Shown: piece after piece, positions 44,701-60,506 of the stretch
Layout of the letters: every line of letters starts with the position of its first letter
How positions within the stretch are numbered: position 1 is the first letter of the stretch
DNA from: the human T2T-CHM13v2.0 reference genome, Homo sapiens
Reading direction: 5' to 3' (one strand)
DNA: 64,000 bases
Assembly (NCBI RefSeq): GCF_009914755.1
Contig: NC_060930.1
Program-made: the position numbers and the translations under genes
Notes under the pieces: model-generated
The model's database searches: none
What the model was told of the DNA's origin: nothing
The model's input: the letters and a program-made list of their open reading frames with translations, nothing else

Positions 44701-47143
44701 CCTCTTCATTCTGGCTTTCATTGCTTCTGATGAGAAGACAGCTGTATATGACTGTATCTAGCTTGCCCTGTGAGTGAGTGAGCTGGGCAGGGATGGGACC
44801 TTGTGTTCTTGGCCTGACATGCCTGGAGTAGAGCCTCTACCCTGTGAGTCGGTGCTTGGTTGAAGGAAGGAGCCCAGACCTTAGCCATGCTTGCCTGGAA
44901 TAGAGCTTTTACAACACAGAGTTGGTGGGGATGAGAAAAGCTGGTGGCCTACCCCTCATGAGCAGCAATTGTGGTCCTAGACTGGGAGCTGGAGAGAGAG
45001 GAAGGAGCCCTGCCTTCTTGGCGGCACCTGCCCAGAGTAGATATCCTGTCACGCTGAACTGGGAGGCAGTGTGGAAGGGGAGCAGGCCATGATCCAAATG
45101 CCACAGACTTGCTGTTCTTAACAAGATTTATTAGATTTTCTTGGATAAATGTTTCTCCACTTTCTGTATGCCCTTAGGGCAGTTTCCAGAAACTTTTAAT
45201 GTTTTCCTTTGTTTTTATTATTTTTAGTAGTTATGGTTGTTTTCCTAGGAAAGAGTCTGCTGAGCTCCTTGCATTGCTATTTCAGAAGTGTCACCTCTTC
45301 CCCACCACCAAGAAAGTTAGTTTTAACTCCCAAAGCAAAGTTCAGGGAACCTGAAAGTTTTTGACCAAGATTATATGGCAACTAGTGTGTTGCTGAGAAT
45401 ATAATGCTGCTGAACATTAATGTATATGGCTCTTTCTTTAGTCACCAATATAGAACCTCTATATTCTAATGATCTGACATAAAATATAACTCTATTTATA
45501 ACTCTCCAATATTCATTTAAAAACTGAACTATCAGAAATGATATTTGTGGAAGATTGCATGAAGGATATGTAATTTACTTGATACATTGTTTTGTTTGCC
45601 CAACCTATTCACTTTCCAGGGAACTGGCACCATGTCCCCTGGCCTCATCTAGGCCACCTAGTTATCATATAAAATGGCTTCCAATGCTGCATGATTCTAT
45701 TTTTTGGCCATAGTTGATTGGTCCTGGGCTGGGCCCCTGACCCAAGTTGGGTCAGTCCAAGTTCTTCCCCAGGAATTCTGAAATTGAACTTGATAAAAAT
45801 GTCCTTTTCTTCCCAGTAAAGGTTTTGGATGGAAAGCCCAGAGCTGTCAGCAGTTGTGTTTCCTACCACATGATCCAGAGAAGTGGAGGAGCTTGGTCTA
45901 TGGAGAGAGAGAAGAATGGAGTAGATGTTCAGAGACATCTTGACTAGGCTTTTTCTGAGGCCCAGTCACACTGTTTCCCATGTGTGGAATGGATCACTTC
46001 AGGATCCTTAATATAAATTCCTTTTTTTAGTTTAAGCTGACTCAAATTGGTTTTTGACATTAATTATCAAGAGTCCATGAAGTTTGTTCTTTTGGGCAAT
46101 ATTTCCCAAAATATGTTCCTCAGAACGTATATCCATTGGTTTTTGTTGTTGTTGTTTTAAGGCGGGGGGTGGGAGGAGGTTCCACGAACAAACGAATCTG
46201 GAAAGGCACTTGGTTTTTATCTCCCATCAAGATTCACGGTGTACTTTAGCACAGTCCTATAAGGTTCTCAGGATTTTTGTTTTAAGTTTCTTAGTCCAGT
46301 ATTATTTGCTCACTGCCACTCCTCTCCCCCCTGGGATTCCATTAACTAATATTTCATGGAGAACACATTTGGGGAAATGTTACCAGAGATACTTAGATTT
46401 TTATCTTCAGATGAAATTAGACCTCCGTTCAGCTGTGTACCTTGCCTGCATTCTTCTAGTTTGTAAAGAATGACATTTATTGAATTGTGCCTTGGCATAT
46501 GAAACAGCATTGAGAAATGTGTGCTTGACATCGCTGGAGAATTCTCCTGAGGTTGTTCTCTACAGCACATATCTTTTTATGTGGACTCACTCTGAAATTG
46601 TCTCCCAGTTCTTGTAACTGCTGTAGCTTCTCCAAGTAGTGGTTTAGTTTTTATCTTTCAGCCACTGTGCATGGTATAATTGGATGTGTGTTCCTCTTTG
46701 CATTATCTGTTAGAAAATGGAGAGCCAAATGTGGGGAATAGTACATAGGATCTTAAGATGCATTCTTATGTACAACTTTTATTTTTGGACTCATCTTACT
46801 ATGTTTTTAAACATTATTTCCTTTACTGTAATTTCCTCTTCATTTTTATAATCCTTTGTGTGTGTGTGTGTGTGTGTGTGTGTACATATATATATATATA
46901 TTTAATTTTGGTAAAAAACAGAATTTACCGTCACAATCATTTTTAAGTGCACAGTACAGCAGTGTTAACTGTATGCATCTTGTGCAACAGATCTGGAGAA
47001 TTTTTTCATCTATGCAAAACTAAAGCTCTATACCCATGGAACAACAACTCCTCTTAATCTTATATCTATTTGTGCTTAAGGCACCTCAGTCCTATTTGCA
47101 GTGAGACTAAGAGGAATGAATGAATTAAATTGTTTAGAGTAAT

Positions 47144-48952
47144 TTTTTTTTAAAATTTAAGTTCTGGGATACATGTGCAGAATGTGCAGGTTTGTTACAT
47201 AGGTATACACACATGCTGTGGTGGTTTGCTGTACCTATCAACCCACCATCTAGGTTTTGAGCCCCACATGCGTTAGGTATTTGTCCTAATGCTCTTCCTC
47301 TCCTTGCCCCCACCCCTCGACAGGCCCTGGTGTGTGATGTTCCCCTCCCTATGTCTATGTGTTCTCATTGTTCAGCTCCCACTTATGAGTGAGAACATGC
47401 GGTATTTGGTTTTCTGTTCCTGTGTCAGTTTGCTGAGAATGATGGTTTCCTGCTTCATCCATGTCCCTGCAAAGGACATGAACTCATCCTTTTTTATGGC
47501 TGCATAGTATTCCATGGTGTATATGTGCCACGTTTCCTTTATCCAGTCTATCATTGATGAGCATTTGGGTTGGTTCCAAGTTTTTGCTATTGTAAAATGA
47601 TGCTGCAGTAAACATATGTGTGCATGTGTCTTTATAGTAGCATGATTTCTAATCCTTTGGGTATATACCCAGTAATGGGATTGCTGGGTCAAATGGTATT
47701 TCTGGTTCTAGATTCTTGAGGAATCACCACACTGTCTTCCACAATGGTTGAACTAATTTCCACCAACAGTGTAAAAGTTTTCCTGTTTCTCCACATCCTC
47801 TCCAGCATCTGTTGTTTCCTGACTTTTAAATGATTTCCATTCTAACTGGTGTGAGATGGTATCTCATTGCGGTTTTGATTTGCATTTCTTTAATGATAAG
47901 TGATGATGAGCTTTTTTTCATATATTTGTTGGTTGCATAAATGTCTTCTTTTGAGAAGTGTCTGTTCATATCCTTTGCCCACTTTTTGATGGGGTTGTTT
48001 GTTTTTTTCTTGTAAATTTGTTTAAGTTCCTTGTAGATTCTGGATATTAGCCCTTTGTGAGATGGATAGATTGCAACAATCTTCTCCCGTTCTGTAGGTT
48101 ACCTGTTCACTCTGATGATAGTTTCTTTTACTGTGCAGAAGCTCTTTAGTTTAATTAAATCCCATTTGTCAATTTTGGCTTTTATTGCCATTGCTTTTGG
48201 TGTTTTAGACATGAAGCCTTTGTCCATGCCTGTGTCTTGAATAGTATTGCCTACGTTTTCTTCTAGGGATTTTATGGTTTTAGGTTTTATATTTAAGTCT
48301 TTAATCCATCTTGAGTTAATTTTTGTATAAGGTGTAAGGAAGGGGTCCAGTTTCAGTTTTCTGCATATAGCTAGCTGGTTTTCCCAGCACCATTTATTAA
48401 ATAGGGAATCCTTTCCCCATTGCTTGTTTTTGTCAGGTTTGTCAAAGATCAGATGGTTGTAGATGTGTGGTGTTATTTCTGAGGCCTCTGTTCTGTTCCA
48501 TTGGTCTATATATCTGTTTTGGTACCAGTACCATGCTGTTTTGGTTACTGTAGCCTTGTAGTATGGTTTGAAGTCAGGTAGTGTGATGCCTCCAGCTTTG
48601 TTCTTTTTGCTTAGGATTGTCTTGGTGTCTTGGCTATGAGGGCTCTTTTTTGGTTCCATATGAAATTTAAAGTAGCTTTTTCTAATTCTGCAAAGAAAGT
48701 CAATGGTAGCTTGATGAGAATAGCATTGAATCTATAAATACTTTGGGCAGTATGGGCATTTTCACAATATTGATTCTTCTTATCCATGAGCATAGAATGT
48801 TTTTTCATTTGTTTGTGTCCTCTCTTACTTCCTTGAGCAGTGGTTTGTAGTTCTCCTTTAAGAGGTCTTTCACGTGCCTTGTAAGTTGTATTCCTAGGTA
48901 TTTTATTCTCTTTGTAGCAATTGTGAATGGGAGATCACTCATGATTTGGCTC
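47144..48952 (-). mobile_element. 5'-truncated L1PA8-like element
   Basis: ORF2 C-terminus on - (ORF 48099-48659); 13-bp TSD TGTTTAGAGTAAT at 47131-47143 and 48953-48965. Confidence 0.93.
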
Positions 48953-49128
48953 TGTTTAGAGTAATATTTTTAAGTGAGGTAAATGTCAGTATAGATAGTC
49001 TTAGAGAATAATTCTAAGACACCTGAAAATTTGTATGGCTATAAATCATAGAAATAATAAAGTGAGAAATGTATCAAAGGTCTTTGGCCTTTTAAATAGG
49101 CATCTAAAAGCCATTACTAAGTTTATAA

Positions 49129-49329
<201 letters not shown>

Positions 49330-49337
49330 TAACTACC

Positions 49338-49442
49338 TTTTTTTTTTTTGGAGACAAGGTCTTGCCCTGTTGCCCAGGCTGGAAGGCTGGAATATAATGG
49401 CATGGTCATAGCTTGCTGTAGCCTTGGCCTCCCAGGCTCAAG
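49338..49442 (-). mobile_element. Truncated Alu/FLAM fragment 21 nt after the exon 4 donor
   Basis: Poly-T then GAGACAAGGTCTTGCCCTGTTGCCCAGGCTGG. Confidence 0.8.
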
Positions 49443-51682
49443 TACTTTTTTTTAATGTCGTAGATCAGGTAGAAAATAAAATACAGTTTAGATATTATGA
49501 ATGTTATGTAAAAAGATCAAATGTTGGCTCAGAATTTTAGAATTTTTGTTAAGAGCTGTTAAAGACTCCATTATAGCAATTGGCAAGAATCAACAATGGC
49601 TACTATTAGGTGAGAGGTTGTTATTGAGGAATAGAATAATCACATAGTCCCAACATTTTAAACTCCATGGATCTCTTTGTTATTTACAGAGGAATAAGTA
49701 TTTTTATGATGAAAAAAACAGCAGACATTCTTATCCAAATAATCAAACTTCACATCACCAATAATGAGACGAAACTGACATTGTTTGACTCTCAGTGGGA
49801 AGGACACAGTTTACCTTAGTAGTTAAATATTGCTAAAAATATTTAACTTGAATCTAAGCATGGGGAAATAATCAGATAAATACATACCACTGGACTTCCT
49901 GCAAGATAACTGGCCTAGATTCTTAAAAGAATGTAAAAGTCATCAAAGACAAAAAACAAAAGACTGTTCCAGATTTTTAAACAGACGTGACAACTAAATG
50001 CAGATTTTGGTCGGATTCTGGGTTAAAAGTGCATGTACTTGTACACACATCCTCACACAAAGATCTAAAGGGCTTTATTTGGACAGTTTGTATGTGGACT
50101 ACATACTAGTGATCTTGAATCAGTATTTAAATTTGGAGTATAATAATGGTTTGCGGTCACTGAGGAGATTGTCCTTGTTTATAACAGATACATGCTAAAA
50201 TACTTAGGAGTGAAGTGTCATGATGTCTGCTACTTACAGTCAAGTGGTTTAGAAAAATAAAATGTATTTGTATATTTAAAGAGAGATAATATTTGTTTAT
50301 GTGTTTAAGGAGAGAGCGCTAAAAGTGAATTCAGAAGAAGGGCATAGTGGTGTTAATTGTACTTTTTTTTCCCTGCAATTTTTCCTGTATATCTGAAATG
50401 TTCAAAAGTTTTGGAGGAATTATTGGAACCTTGGAAACGTGGGAAAAGCTATTAACAAATTGATAAAATTGTAAAGGTTGAATTGATTTAATATTATGAA
50501 GATTAAAATGGAACAAAGAAATATTTATAAGTTTTTAGGATAGGTAACAGTTTAGATTTTAATTATATCCTGTACTTTTGTAGTGTTCCAATACATGAAC
50601 CAAAATTTAAAGGTGATGCAGCCCTGTTGCTTGAGACCATCTTAGACAGTGGTTTTCTGAGCCCTTGTGATGTTGCTTTTGATGATGATTTGGAAGGGGG
50701 TTATTAGAAAATAATTTGTTTCATTTGAGGATAAGTACAGTTTATCAGAGTAGACCTTTGTCTTGCACTAACTGAAAAAGGTTATATCTGATACAGCTGA
50801 TAGGAAGGCCTATATAGTGTATTGACTAAAAGTGAATCAGATTGACCAGACCATGCGAATCCAGGGATAGGAAAATTTCAAGAAGTTAATATTGTTTATA
50901 AGTCTCATCTTTATGATACTTTAGCCAAGAATACTAATACAAATTATGTTGTTGTGTACAGTGATTTGGATATCTTTAAAGAATAAAATTATGAGTAATA
51001 ACATGTAAATGGACTTATTCAGAATAAGATACAATTATATTAATAGTTTTTTATAGGTAAACTGAAGTAATATTACTAATTAGGAAAAACTTTTAATACT
51101 TATAAAACTATATAATCCAATAGTGTATCTAAGCAAAACTATTTGGTAAAATATTTGGAAATAAAATACAGTACTATTAAACATTTCATACATAATGTTT
51201 ATCTCTGTAATGCATGATTGTTACCAATGTTAGAAAATTTACTAGAACAGTTCACCACATTAAAATATTGCTGGAAAAATTATCTTCTTAATGTTTGCAG
51301 AAAACATATTTGACAAAATTCAATACCCATTTGTGATAAAAGGTTTTAGCAAACTAGGAATATAAGCAGACTTTCTTAATCTGATAAATGATACCTATTA
51401 AAAACCTATATCCAAAATTGTTCTTAGAAGTGAAACTTTAAAAGCATTACTTTTAATCAAGGTAAGGAACAATACAGAGGTATCTGCCGTCACTACTAAC
51501 ATTCAGCCTCATACTGAAAGTCCCTAGGCAGTGCCACAAGACTAGAAAAATAAGGCATAAAGCTTGAAAAGAAAAATTACTGTCATTATGCAAACAGCAT
51601 CATTTCCTACTTGGAAAATTTGAGAATATCTACAAATTCTCGGAACTGATGAAAGAGTTCAGTAAGGTGACTAAGAAAAGAT

Positions 51683-51860
51683 GGCTGGGCATGGTGGCTC
51701 ATGCCTGTAATCCCAGCATTTTGGGAGGCTGAGGTGGGAGGATTGAGCCCAGGAGGTTGAGGCTGCAATGAGCCATGTTTGTGCCACTGTACTCCAGCCT
51801 AGGTGACAGAGTGAGACCCTGCCTCAAAAAAAAAAAAAAAAGATTAAAAGAAGAAAAAAG
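51683..51860 (+). mobile_element. Alu monomer (FLAM/FRAM-like)
   Basis: Single arm with A tail; TSD AAGAAAAGAT. Confidence 0.8.
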
Positions 51861-52104
51861 AAAAGATCAACATGTAAGACATACAGGAACCAGTAATATT
51901 TCCACACACTAGCAGTAACGAACTAGAAAATGTATAAGGTACCTGCCAATAAATATAACAAAAGCTATCCAAAACCTTATGGAAAAAACGTCAAACATTA
52001 TTAAAAGATTTTTTAAATCTCTACATAATTGGAGAGATGTCCCTTTTTCATGGATGAGTCTTGATATCTTGAAGATGTTAGTTTTCTCCAAAATTAATTT
52101 ATAA

Positions 52105-52400
<296 letters not shown>

Positions 52401-53533
52401 AGTTTATAAATTTAATGTAACATTGATCCAGATTCCAAGAGGATGTTTTGAGAATGGAACTTGACATGATTTTAAAAGTCATATGGAAAAGCAAATGTCT
52501 AAGCATGGTCCAGACAATTGAAACAAGAAAAACAAGAAGGGATAAAGTCAACAAGATGGTAAGACCTATAATAATTAAGATAATCAGGTAGTAAGCTATA
52601 GTAAATAAGACTGCTAAGTATTGGTGGAGGAATTGATGGGGGTCAATGAACAGTGTTGAGAAAGCCTAGAAAAAGATCCATTTTATGTGGCAAACTGGAA
52701 TATGATAGAGTGAGCATTACAAGTCATTGGGGGAAAAGATGGGATAAATAGTGTTGGTTTTCCAGTTGGACAAAAATGAAATTTGATTCCATTCTCTGAT
52801 AATATTCAGGAAGCAATTCCAGAAGTACAAAGATAATTTTAAGAAAATAAAGGTAAATATTTTTATAATCCTGGTATGAAAAAGGATTTTACAAACAAAA
52901 TACAAAATGCATAAACCATAAGGCAAACAATGCTATATTTGATACTGTAAATATTCAAAATGTATTTATAATCTAGACAAATTTTAGGAAACAAGCAGCA
53001 GTCTGAAAGTAGATATTTGTAACATATAACAATGATTATTATTTAGAATGTGGGAAGAATTTCTACAAATCAGTGAGAAAAAAATACAACATAACTGAGA
53101 AATGATTAAAAGGAACAGGCAGCTCACAGTAGAGATTCTGAACCTTACCTAGTAATTTGGGAAATGCAAATTAAAAAGGTACCATTTTATTCTCATTAGT
53201 CAGTTTGGGAATAATCAGAATATCTGCTGTCATCAAATTATAGCAGAGATGTGGGAAATGAGTTGTATACTATGAGTTATACACTATGAGTTGGAGTGAT
53301 ATTTTAACCACTTAGAAGAACACTTTGGCAATTCCAGCATAATTGAAAATGCACGTTATCTATAGTGCACAGTGGTTCTTGTTTCCGTGTATCTGCCCTA
53401 GAGAAACTCTTGCACATGTGTATGGGAAAACATGCATGGGATGCTCTTGGCAGCATTGTATCTTATAGTGGAGAACTAGGAAGAACCTAATGGTCTATCA
53501 GCAGACAATGGATAAATAAAGTGTGTCATGTGT

Positions 53534-53874
53534 AGTTGGCTTTCCTTATCCATGGGTTCCACCTCTGTGAATTCAACCAACCACAGATTGAAAATACTTG
53601 AAAAAAACTGTGTCTGTACTGAACATGTACAGATGTTTTTCTTGTCATTATTCCCTAAAGAATAGAGTATAACAACTATAGAATTACGTAGCATTTACAT
53701 TGTATTAGGTATTATAAGTAATCTGGAGGTAATTGAGAGTGTACAGGAAGATGTGTATTGTGCATTATGTGCAAATACTATGCCATTTTATATCAGGAAC
53801 TTGAGCATCTGCAGATTTTGTTATCTGAGGGAGGACCTGAAACCAATCCCCCACAGATACCGAGGGATGACTGT
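53534..53874 (-). mobile_element. MER2-like (Tigger-derived) MITE
   Basis: Ends CCCCACAGATACCGAGGGATGACTG followed by TA. Confidence 0.8.
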
Positions 53875-54689
53875 ATATAGTGAAGACCAAACATTGATTA
53901 CAAAGTGAACAAATTAAATCTATAACTTTCAACGTAACTAGGTTTCAAAAAATGAGTGAAAAAAGTAGGACAGTATACAAAGTTTGTAATGATTTGCATA
54001 CATATTTTAAATATACAATATAATGCTATGTATTATTTAAAGATGGCTCTAATGTGATAAAAGTAAAGAGATGCATGGACTGGAAGGATTCACATCAGTG
54101 ACAGGAAAATGGTTGCATTTGGAGCGAGAGAGCCGGACTGGGGAAGTCTAAAGGGAATGTTAACTTTTTAAATTGTTCGTTATTTATCTTAAAAAGGTTG
54201 AAATAGATATTTTAAAATGTGAACACTTATTAATCATGAGTGACAGAAATGTGAACATTTTATTCTATACCTTTTTTGGTGTAAAAACTTACCAACTTAA
54301 AATTGTGGTGACCCACATTGCGCTTGTTGTTGTTGCTCTCCTCTCTCCATCCTCAAAGCATTTGCAAAGCATGTTGTAAAAGCAAAAACAGCATTTACTT
54401 CTGTCTTGCCCAAAGTCTGCTGTGCCCCCTACATGTAGATGCACGACTTTGCCTCTCACTGGCATAATCAGTGGTAAGGAACAGCCAAACTATAAAGTTA
54501 AAGGTCTCCAAAGGGATGATCAATAGACCTAGAATTGCTTTGGATGTAATCCCTATTCTAGATATGGTTTGAATTCCTCAGCTTTAATGAGCATATTTAC
54601 AAATATAAATGTACATATGGGTACATGTTAAACTGTGAGAAATAATAGTATTGGACAAATGAAATGTACTTTGTTTTTTTTTTTTTTAG

Positions 54690-54740
54690 GTATCTACGAA
54701 TATTTCAAAATGTGGACCTATCTAGCAATTTTTACTTTAG
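54690..54740 (+). CDS. FIG4: FIG4 exon 5 (YLRIFQNVDLSSNFYF)
   Basis: T14-AG acceptor, GTAAGT donor; 51 nt. Confidence 0.97.
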
Positions 54741-56400
54741 GTAAGTGTGAGGTTAGTTTTGCTCCTATCAATCACATAAACTTTTATATTATTTTCCAGC
54801 GGGTAAAAGCAGAATGAGAACATAGTAGTACTTCTCTTTCATTTTAGTCAACTTGTTTTATCTAAAATCATTAAAATATAGCTATTTCTTCCTTTTAAAA
54901 ATCTTATATTTGAAAATCCAAATGGATAAATTAAAGGATATTTATTCACATTATAAAAATCATCGTTGTTTTAGGTAGGACTTAATGTATTTTAAAGAAA
55001 TATTCTCATTTTGTAATCTTAAATTACAAAAATGAAATTTACATTCAGCCTGTAATAAGAGTTGTAACAATTTCATTGTTCAACTTTTAGTAAATAATCT
55101 GGCAAAATTGGGTAAAAACAAATTAAAAATAGGAAGAACTGTTGCAATACTGATGTACTGCTGGTGGCATTGTAAATTAACAGTTTCCTGAGAAGGAATA
55201 TGGCATTGAACATACATGAAAATATGTCCTAAGAAAATAACCAGGAGCAAAAATACAACTCTCCATTGGTAAAGAGACATTTATTGCTTCTCTATTTATA
55301 ATAGCCCAAACAAGCAAACCAGATAATCCAGGGACATCCCAAATATTGATAATTGAAGAACAGGCAAGTAGATTATTACAGCATCATGATAAGTATTTTA
55401 CTACCATTGACGTGACCAGTATGTGGGCCTGATAGATGCAATTATTGTGATAGATGGAAAATTCTATCAGCTATAATATCCAAAATAAAAATAGAACACA
55501 GTAAGGACTTGAGTCATAAAGACTAAAGGAGGACCTAGAGCATTTGTAGCTGTTGGTGTTACATACTACTGACAGGGTGCTTTGCATTAAAAATTATTTT
55601 AAATTATTAATATAGTTAACCATTTCTTTATGAAACAAAGAAAAACATGTCTACTACATGGGGTGAATTATGTCTTTATTGATGCAAACCTGAAGGAAGT
55701 TGATTATTTTAACAGAAATGGAGTGAAGGGCTCCTAAAGAAATAGTTTTTACTTCCACACACGTTTATTGAATGTATATTTTCATTGTATTTTTCGCCAT
55801 CTTCTAGTTTTCAGTCTTTATGCCTAACTTTTTAGTGTTTGTGAATTATTATTGAAGCTCAGTGCTATTGTTAGAAATGGCCTTCTTCTTCATATTTCTC
55901 AGTTTTGTCTGTATTTTTATACTGAGTTGTGATCAAGTCATTCTATAAGTAAATACATGTAGGTTAAAGTTTTTGTGCCTCATAAGTAGGCTTTTAAAAA
56001 GGTTATAATATATTCTTAAGACTCTCTAGAAAAAAGGAATTGTTTTAAATAGAAATAATTGATTGTTAAAAATCAGAAACCAACTTCTTAATATAGCTTT
56101 TATCCCTTTGAGATTAGATGCTGTTAAAATGAATGGATCCATCAAGCAAAAATGATACAATTGAACTTCACAGATGAAACAAATCAATTTCAATCAAATT
56201 ATATGAATAAATAATAATTAAAATAATGTGTGTGACTCTCCAGACACAATTGTACCATTTTAAAATATGACTAAAATACTTTAAAAACAAATTTGTATAA
56301 AATATTCAAAATACCTTCTGAAATTCTGTGCTAAAAATATATAGCTAGGCTCCTTTAGAGTTTCTAGTAAAAACTGGAAAGCCCCCTCAACACTTAAGAA

Positions 56401-56583
56401 ATATATATACACACACACACTATACATATATATAGTATAGTATATATACACAACTATGTATGTATGCATATTTATATATGCATATTTATATAGAGTATGC
56501 ATATATAAATACTGTATATAAATATAGAGTATAAATATATTTATATATAGATACTTTTAAAATATCTCTAGCTATATATATAA
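56401..56583. repeat. TA-rich low-complexity tract
   Basis: (TA)n/(CA)n mosaic seen directly. Confidence 0.85.
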
Positions 56584-57173
56584 AGAGAGCTAGAGATGCT
56601 TATTTAAAAGGTATTATGTGAGATCAAAATTGTAATGAAATTTAATTTGCACAGAGACGGTTATATTTTTGAAATGCCTTTTACTCTTCTAAAACATGTT
56701 TCACTGTAATGGCCTATATTATTTGCTTATTTCTGTTTTATGAAGTCAGTTATGATACCACCATTAATAATTAATAGAATTATTTTTGCTCCTGGGTAAA
56801 CTAGGGTACAGAACTATGCAGTATTGCAGTGGATATTATAGATCTATAAAACCCCATACAGATTCATAGAAGGTGTGACCCTGTTTGCACAAGACCATCA
56901 ACTTAGATTGATTTCAGTATGAAGCAAAAAATGCACATTGTACAAATCAAATAACGTAGGTTACTGACATTGTATTGTATATTTCCAGTCATGCAGATGC
57001 CTAGTCATGCAGTGAGGTTTTTATTTCCAATTACATTTATATTTTGCTGTGTTTTACAGTGCTTATTTGAATAGCATTGCTTCCAAATAAAGTAATAGGT
57101 GCTAAGTAATTTAGTTCACAGATTTTAATTCTATATGGGCGCCAAGACCATGAAATATGCTTTGCTTTTGTAA

Positions 57174-57362
<189 letters not shown>

Positions 57363-58771
57363 TGATATATCTAATGTATATTAATGTGGTATCCATGAAG
57401 TGATATCTTATTAAATTCACTCACATTTCCCTCATATTTGTCCATCCCTCTTTGCTGTTTGTCCTTACGTGGGGTTGTTTTGGATATGTGAAGTTGATCA
57501 ATTCATTTTTATAGAGATATTAATCACCATGTGATTTCATTTGTAGGCCAACCACAAAATTGTATGCTGACATTTTCTAGCAATTATTCACGTACTTTTT
57601 ATTGAATACATTCAAGCCTAGACTTTTACATGGTGTGCAGAGGTGAAGTTTACATGGATAATTTTTTTTAATATTAGGTAATACACACTACTTATTTTCC
57701 TTCACAGAGACCAGTTTGTTATGGTCTGAGTTTTGAAAAAGAGTTACCATGGGTTGCCTATTATGTGCTAGACATTTACATGTAATATCTCTAATCCTCA
57801 TAAAAACTCTGCTTAGTAGGTATAATGCTAGTTTTATAGAATTAAAGACTAAGTAGGAAATGGAGGCCTGGAAATGAAGATCATACAGCCATGTCAGGGA
57901 ATCAATGCAGCAAGTCAGAGGTCGTTATTACTTTGATCGGTCCCAGCTTGACCCATCAGTCCTGCATAGGTCTTGCCTCTGCAGGACTGCTGTGGGACCA
58001 CTCAGTGCCTCATCTAGGGTGCCCCTGAAATCCTGGACTAAACCAGTCACGCAATACCTTTATCGCCAGATTTTTGGGTTGGTCTAGCACTGTAAAGCTA
58101 GAGGCATTGCTAGTATGAATGTTGTAAGGGAAGCATTTCAATAGTTAAGACACTTTAGTTGTGTTCAGCTGACTGTGGAAAGTAAGTCAATAGTGTCTTT
58201 GGGCTCCTTGCTCTGTGCAACTTAAATGATAGTGATGAACATGTGGGTGCAGAGGTGCAGAGGTAGAATCCAATCTAAAGTAGTCCCAGAAGATCTGCCC
58301 TTGCAGCACTCTCAAAAAGAGGCTGTGTTCTGTTAATGGTTTGCCAAAGGTTGTGATCAACTCTAAAAAGGTTTAGGCTGTTACTTAAACTGAATTTATC
58401 CCTGGCATTCCCCTTGACTCTTGTTAGTTTACTTGATTATCACTTGAGCTAAGGTCAAACCCAGGGCACCCTCCCTACTCCCAGATCATTAGATCACATA
58501 CATTTGCCCTGGTTCAGACACTCTGGTGGTAACCCATACCACTAGAGACAGATAGAGGGCAAGACAACTGGTGTGTTTGAATATTTGCTTGCAACGCTTC
58601 TGAATGTCACAATTTGTAATACAAAAGCTGAAAGTATCACTAAATTTGCCCCACATGCCATCCAAAATCTGAATTTGAATATCTGTTCTGGGATGTGAAT
58701 TAAGCCTCCAATGCTACTAAATTTTTTGCCATCTCTGGAGCAATTCTACTTGATAGATATGAATAACAGGG

Positions 58772-59248
58772 TGTATTAGTTTCTTCTTGTTGCTGTGACA
58801 GATTACCTAGCTTAGTTGCTAAAATAACATAAATGTATCATCTTACAGAAGTCCACAGTGGATCTCAGTGAGCCAAAATTAGCATATCAGCAGGATTGCA
58901 TTCCTTTCCAGAGGCTCCAGGGGAGAATCAGTTTTCTTGCCCTTTCCATCTTCTGGGGGCTGCATTCATCCCCTGGCTTATGGCTCCCTTCCATCTTTAA
59001 GGCTACATTACATTACCTGACACTCATACTCCTGTTTTCCTCTTTGACTTACAAGGACCCTGTGATTATATTGGACCCACTTAGATAATGCAGAATAATT
59101 TTCCCATCTCAAGGTCCTGATTAGGAACCTTAACTTCATCTGCAGCTTTAATTTCTTCTTACCATGTAATGTAACAGTTCATATTCACAGTTTCTGGTGA
59201 TTAGCCTGCATACATCTTTGTCGAAGGTGAGATTATTCTCTTATCGCA
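58772..59248 (-). mobile_element. MLT1B/C-type MaLR LTR
   Basis: TG...CA ends; TSD CAGGG. Confidence 0.8.
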
Positions 59249-60377
59249 CAGGGGTAAACTGATAAGAAATGGAGTGAGGGTAGAAGGTATGAGAGTAGGT
59301 TGAAAAGGAAAACAATAAATTTTTAAAATAATCTTTACTGCATGTCAGGTACTTTGCATATACTATTTAATCTGAACAATATCTTTGAGGTGAGTAGTAT
59401 TAACATCATTTTCTAGTTTAGAAAGTTGAAATTCAAAGACATTAAGTAACTTGCCTAAAGTCACAGAGTAAGTGACAAAACAGGACTCCTATTGATGTCT
59501 TTATTATTAATTCTCTCGTGTAATGCATTGAAAGGGCAGAGAAAGTTTAGCTTTTATGAATCAAATCTAAGTGTGGTATAGTGTATAAACAAATACTCTT
59601 AACAGATCATGTTTTGAGAAAAAAATGGTCTTTATTAACTGCTATTCAGAACCATTACAGTCTTTTAAGCTATTATCTTATAAACATACTTTTAATTTTT
59701 CACTTCATGTAAGTTTTGTAAAACTCATTGCTGTTTAATACATTTATCTGGATATGCTAAAATTATGTTTGATGAAATTAATTTATTCATAGAGAAAAGG
59801 CCTGACATCATAATAACTGCCACCTATTGGAAGTATTTGTAATACACTAGGCTTATTCTAGGCCCCTTACGTGCCTTATTAATTCATTTCGTCCTTAAAA
59901 CAACCACGTGGTACAGGTGAGGGAGCAGAGGTGCCGTGCTCCCTAAGTAACACTCTTGATTGTGCCTGACCCTGCTGATGAGAGGCAGAGCCAGGAGTTG
60001 GATCCAGGAACTTTGACCTCATAGCCCTGTGCTCAACCGCTACTTCCTGCCACCTCTTGACTTTATTTATATATTTGTAACATGTCCTCAATTTCCTTGT
60101 CATTTTCTTTTCTCTCAAGAACTCTCACAAGTCAGAAAAGGGATTTCTTTGACTTTTTACAGAATCAACACAATGTTCTGGACATGAAAGGAATGATATC
60201 CACTGAAAATGGCAATGCTATTAACCAAGCATGTTACTTTGAAGTTAAAAACAGAAGTTAACTTAAAAATGAGTTGAATGTCAGCCAATTTCCATATCTT
60301 TCTGATACCAACCTTTTTTTTAATTGATACAAAATATTTTGTGTATTTATGGACTGATACAGACTTTTATTTTTCAG

Positions 60378-60506
60378 GGGTATTTGGGATCTGTAGTGAG
60401 CCTTATATGAAATATGTATGGAATGGTGAACTTCTGGATATAATTAAAAGTACTGTGCATCGTGACTGGCTTTTGTATATTATTCATGGGTTCTGTGGGC
60501 AGTCAA
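60378..60506 (+). CDS. FIG4: FIG4 exon 7 ([15 protein letters not shown]...IHGFCGQS)
   Basis: CAG acceptor; 129 nt; followed by the U12-type donor GTATCCTTT. Confidence 0.96.
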
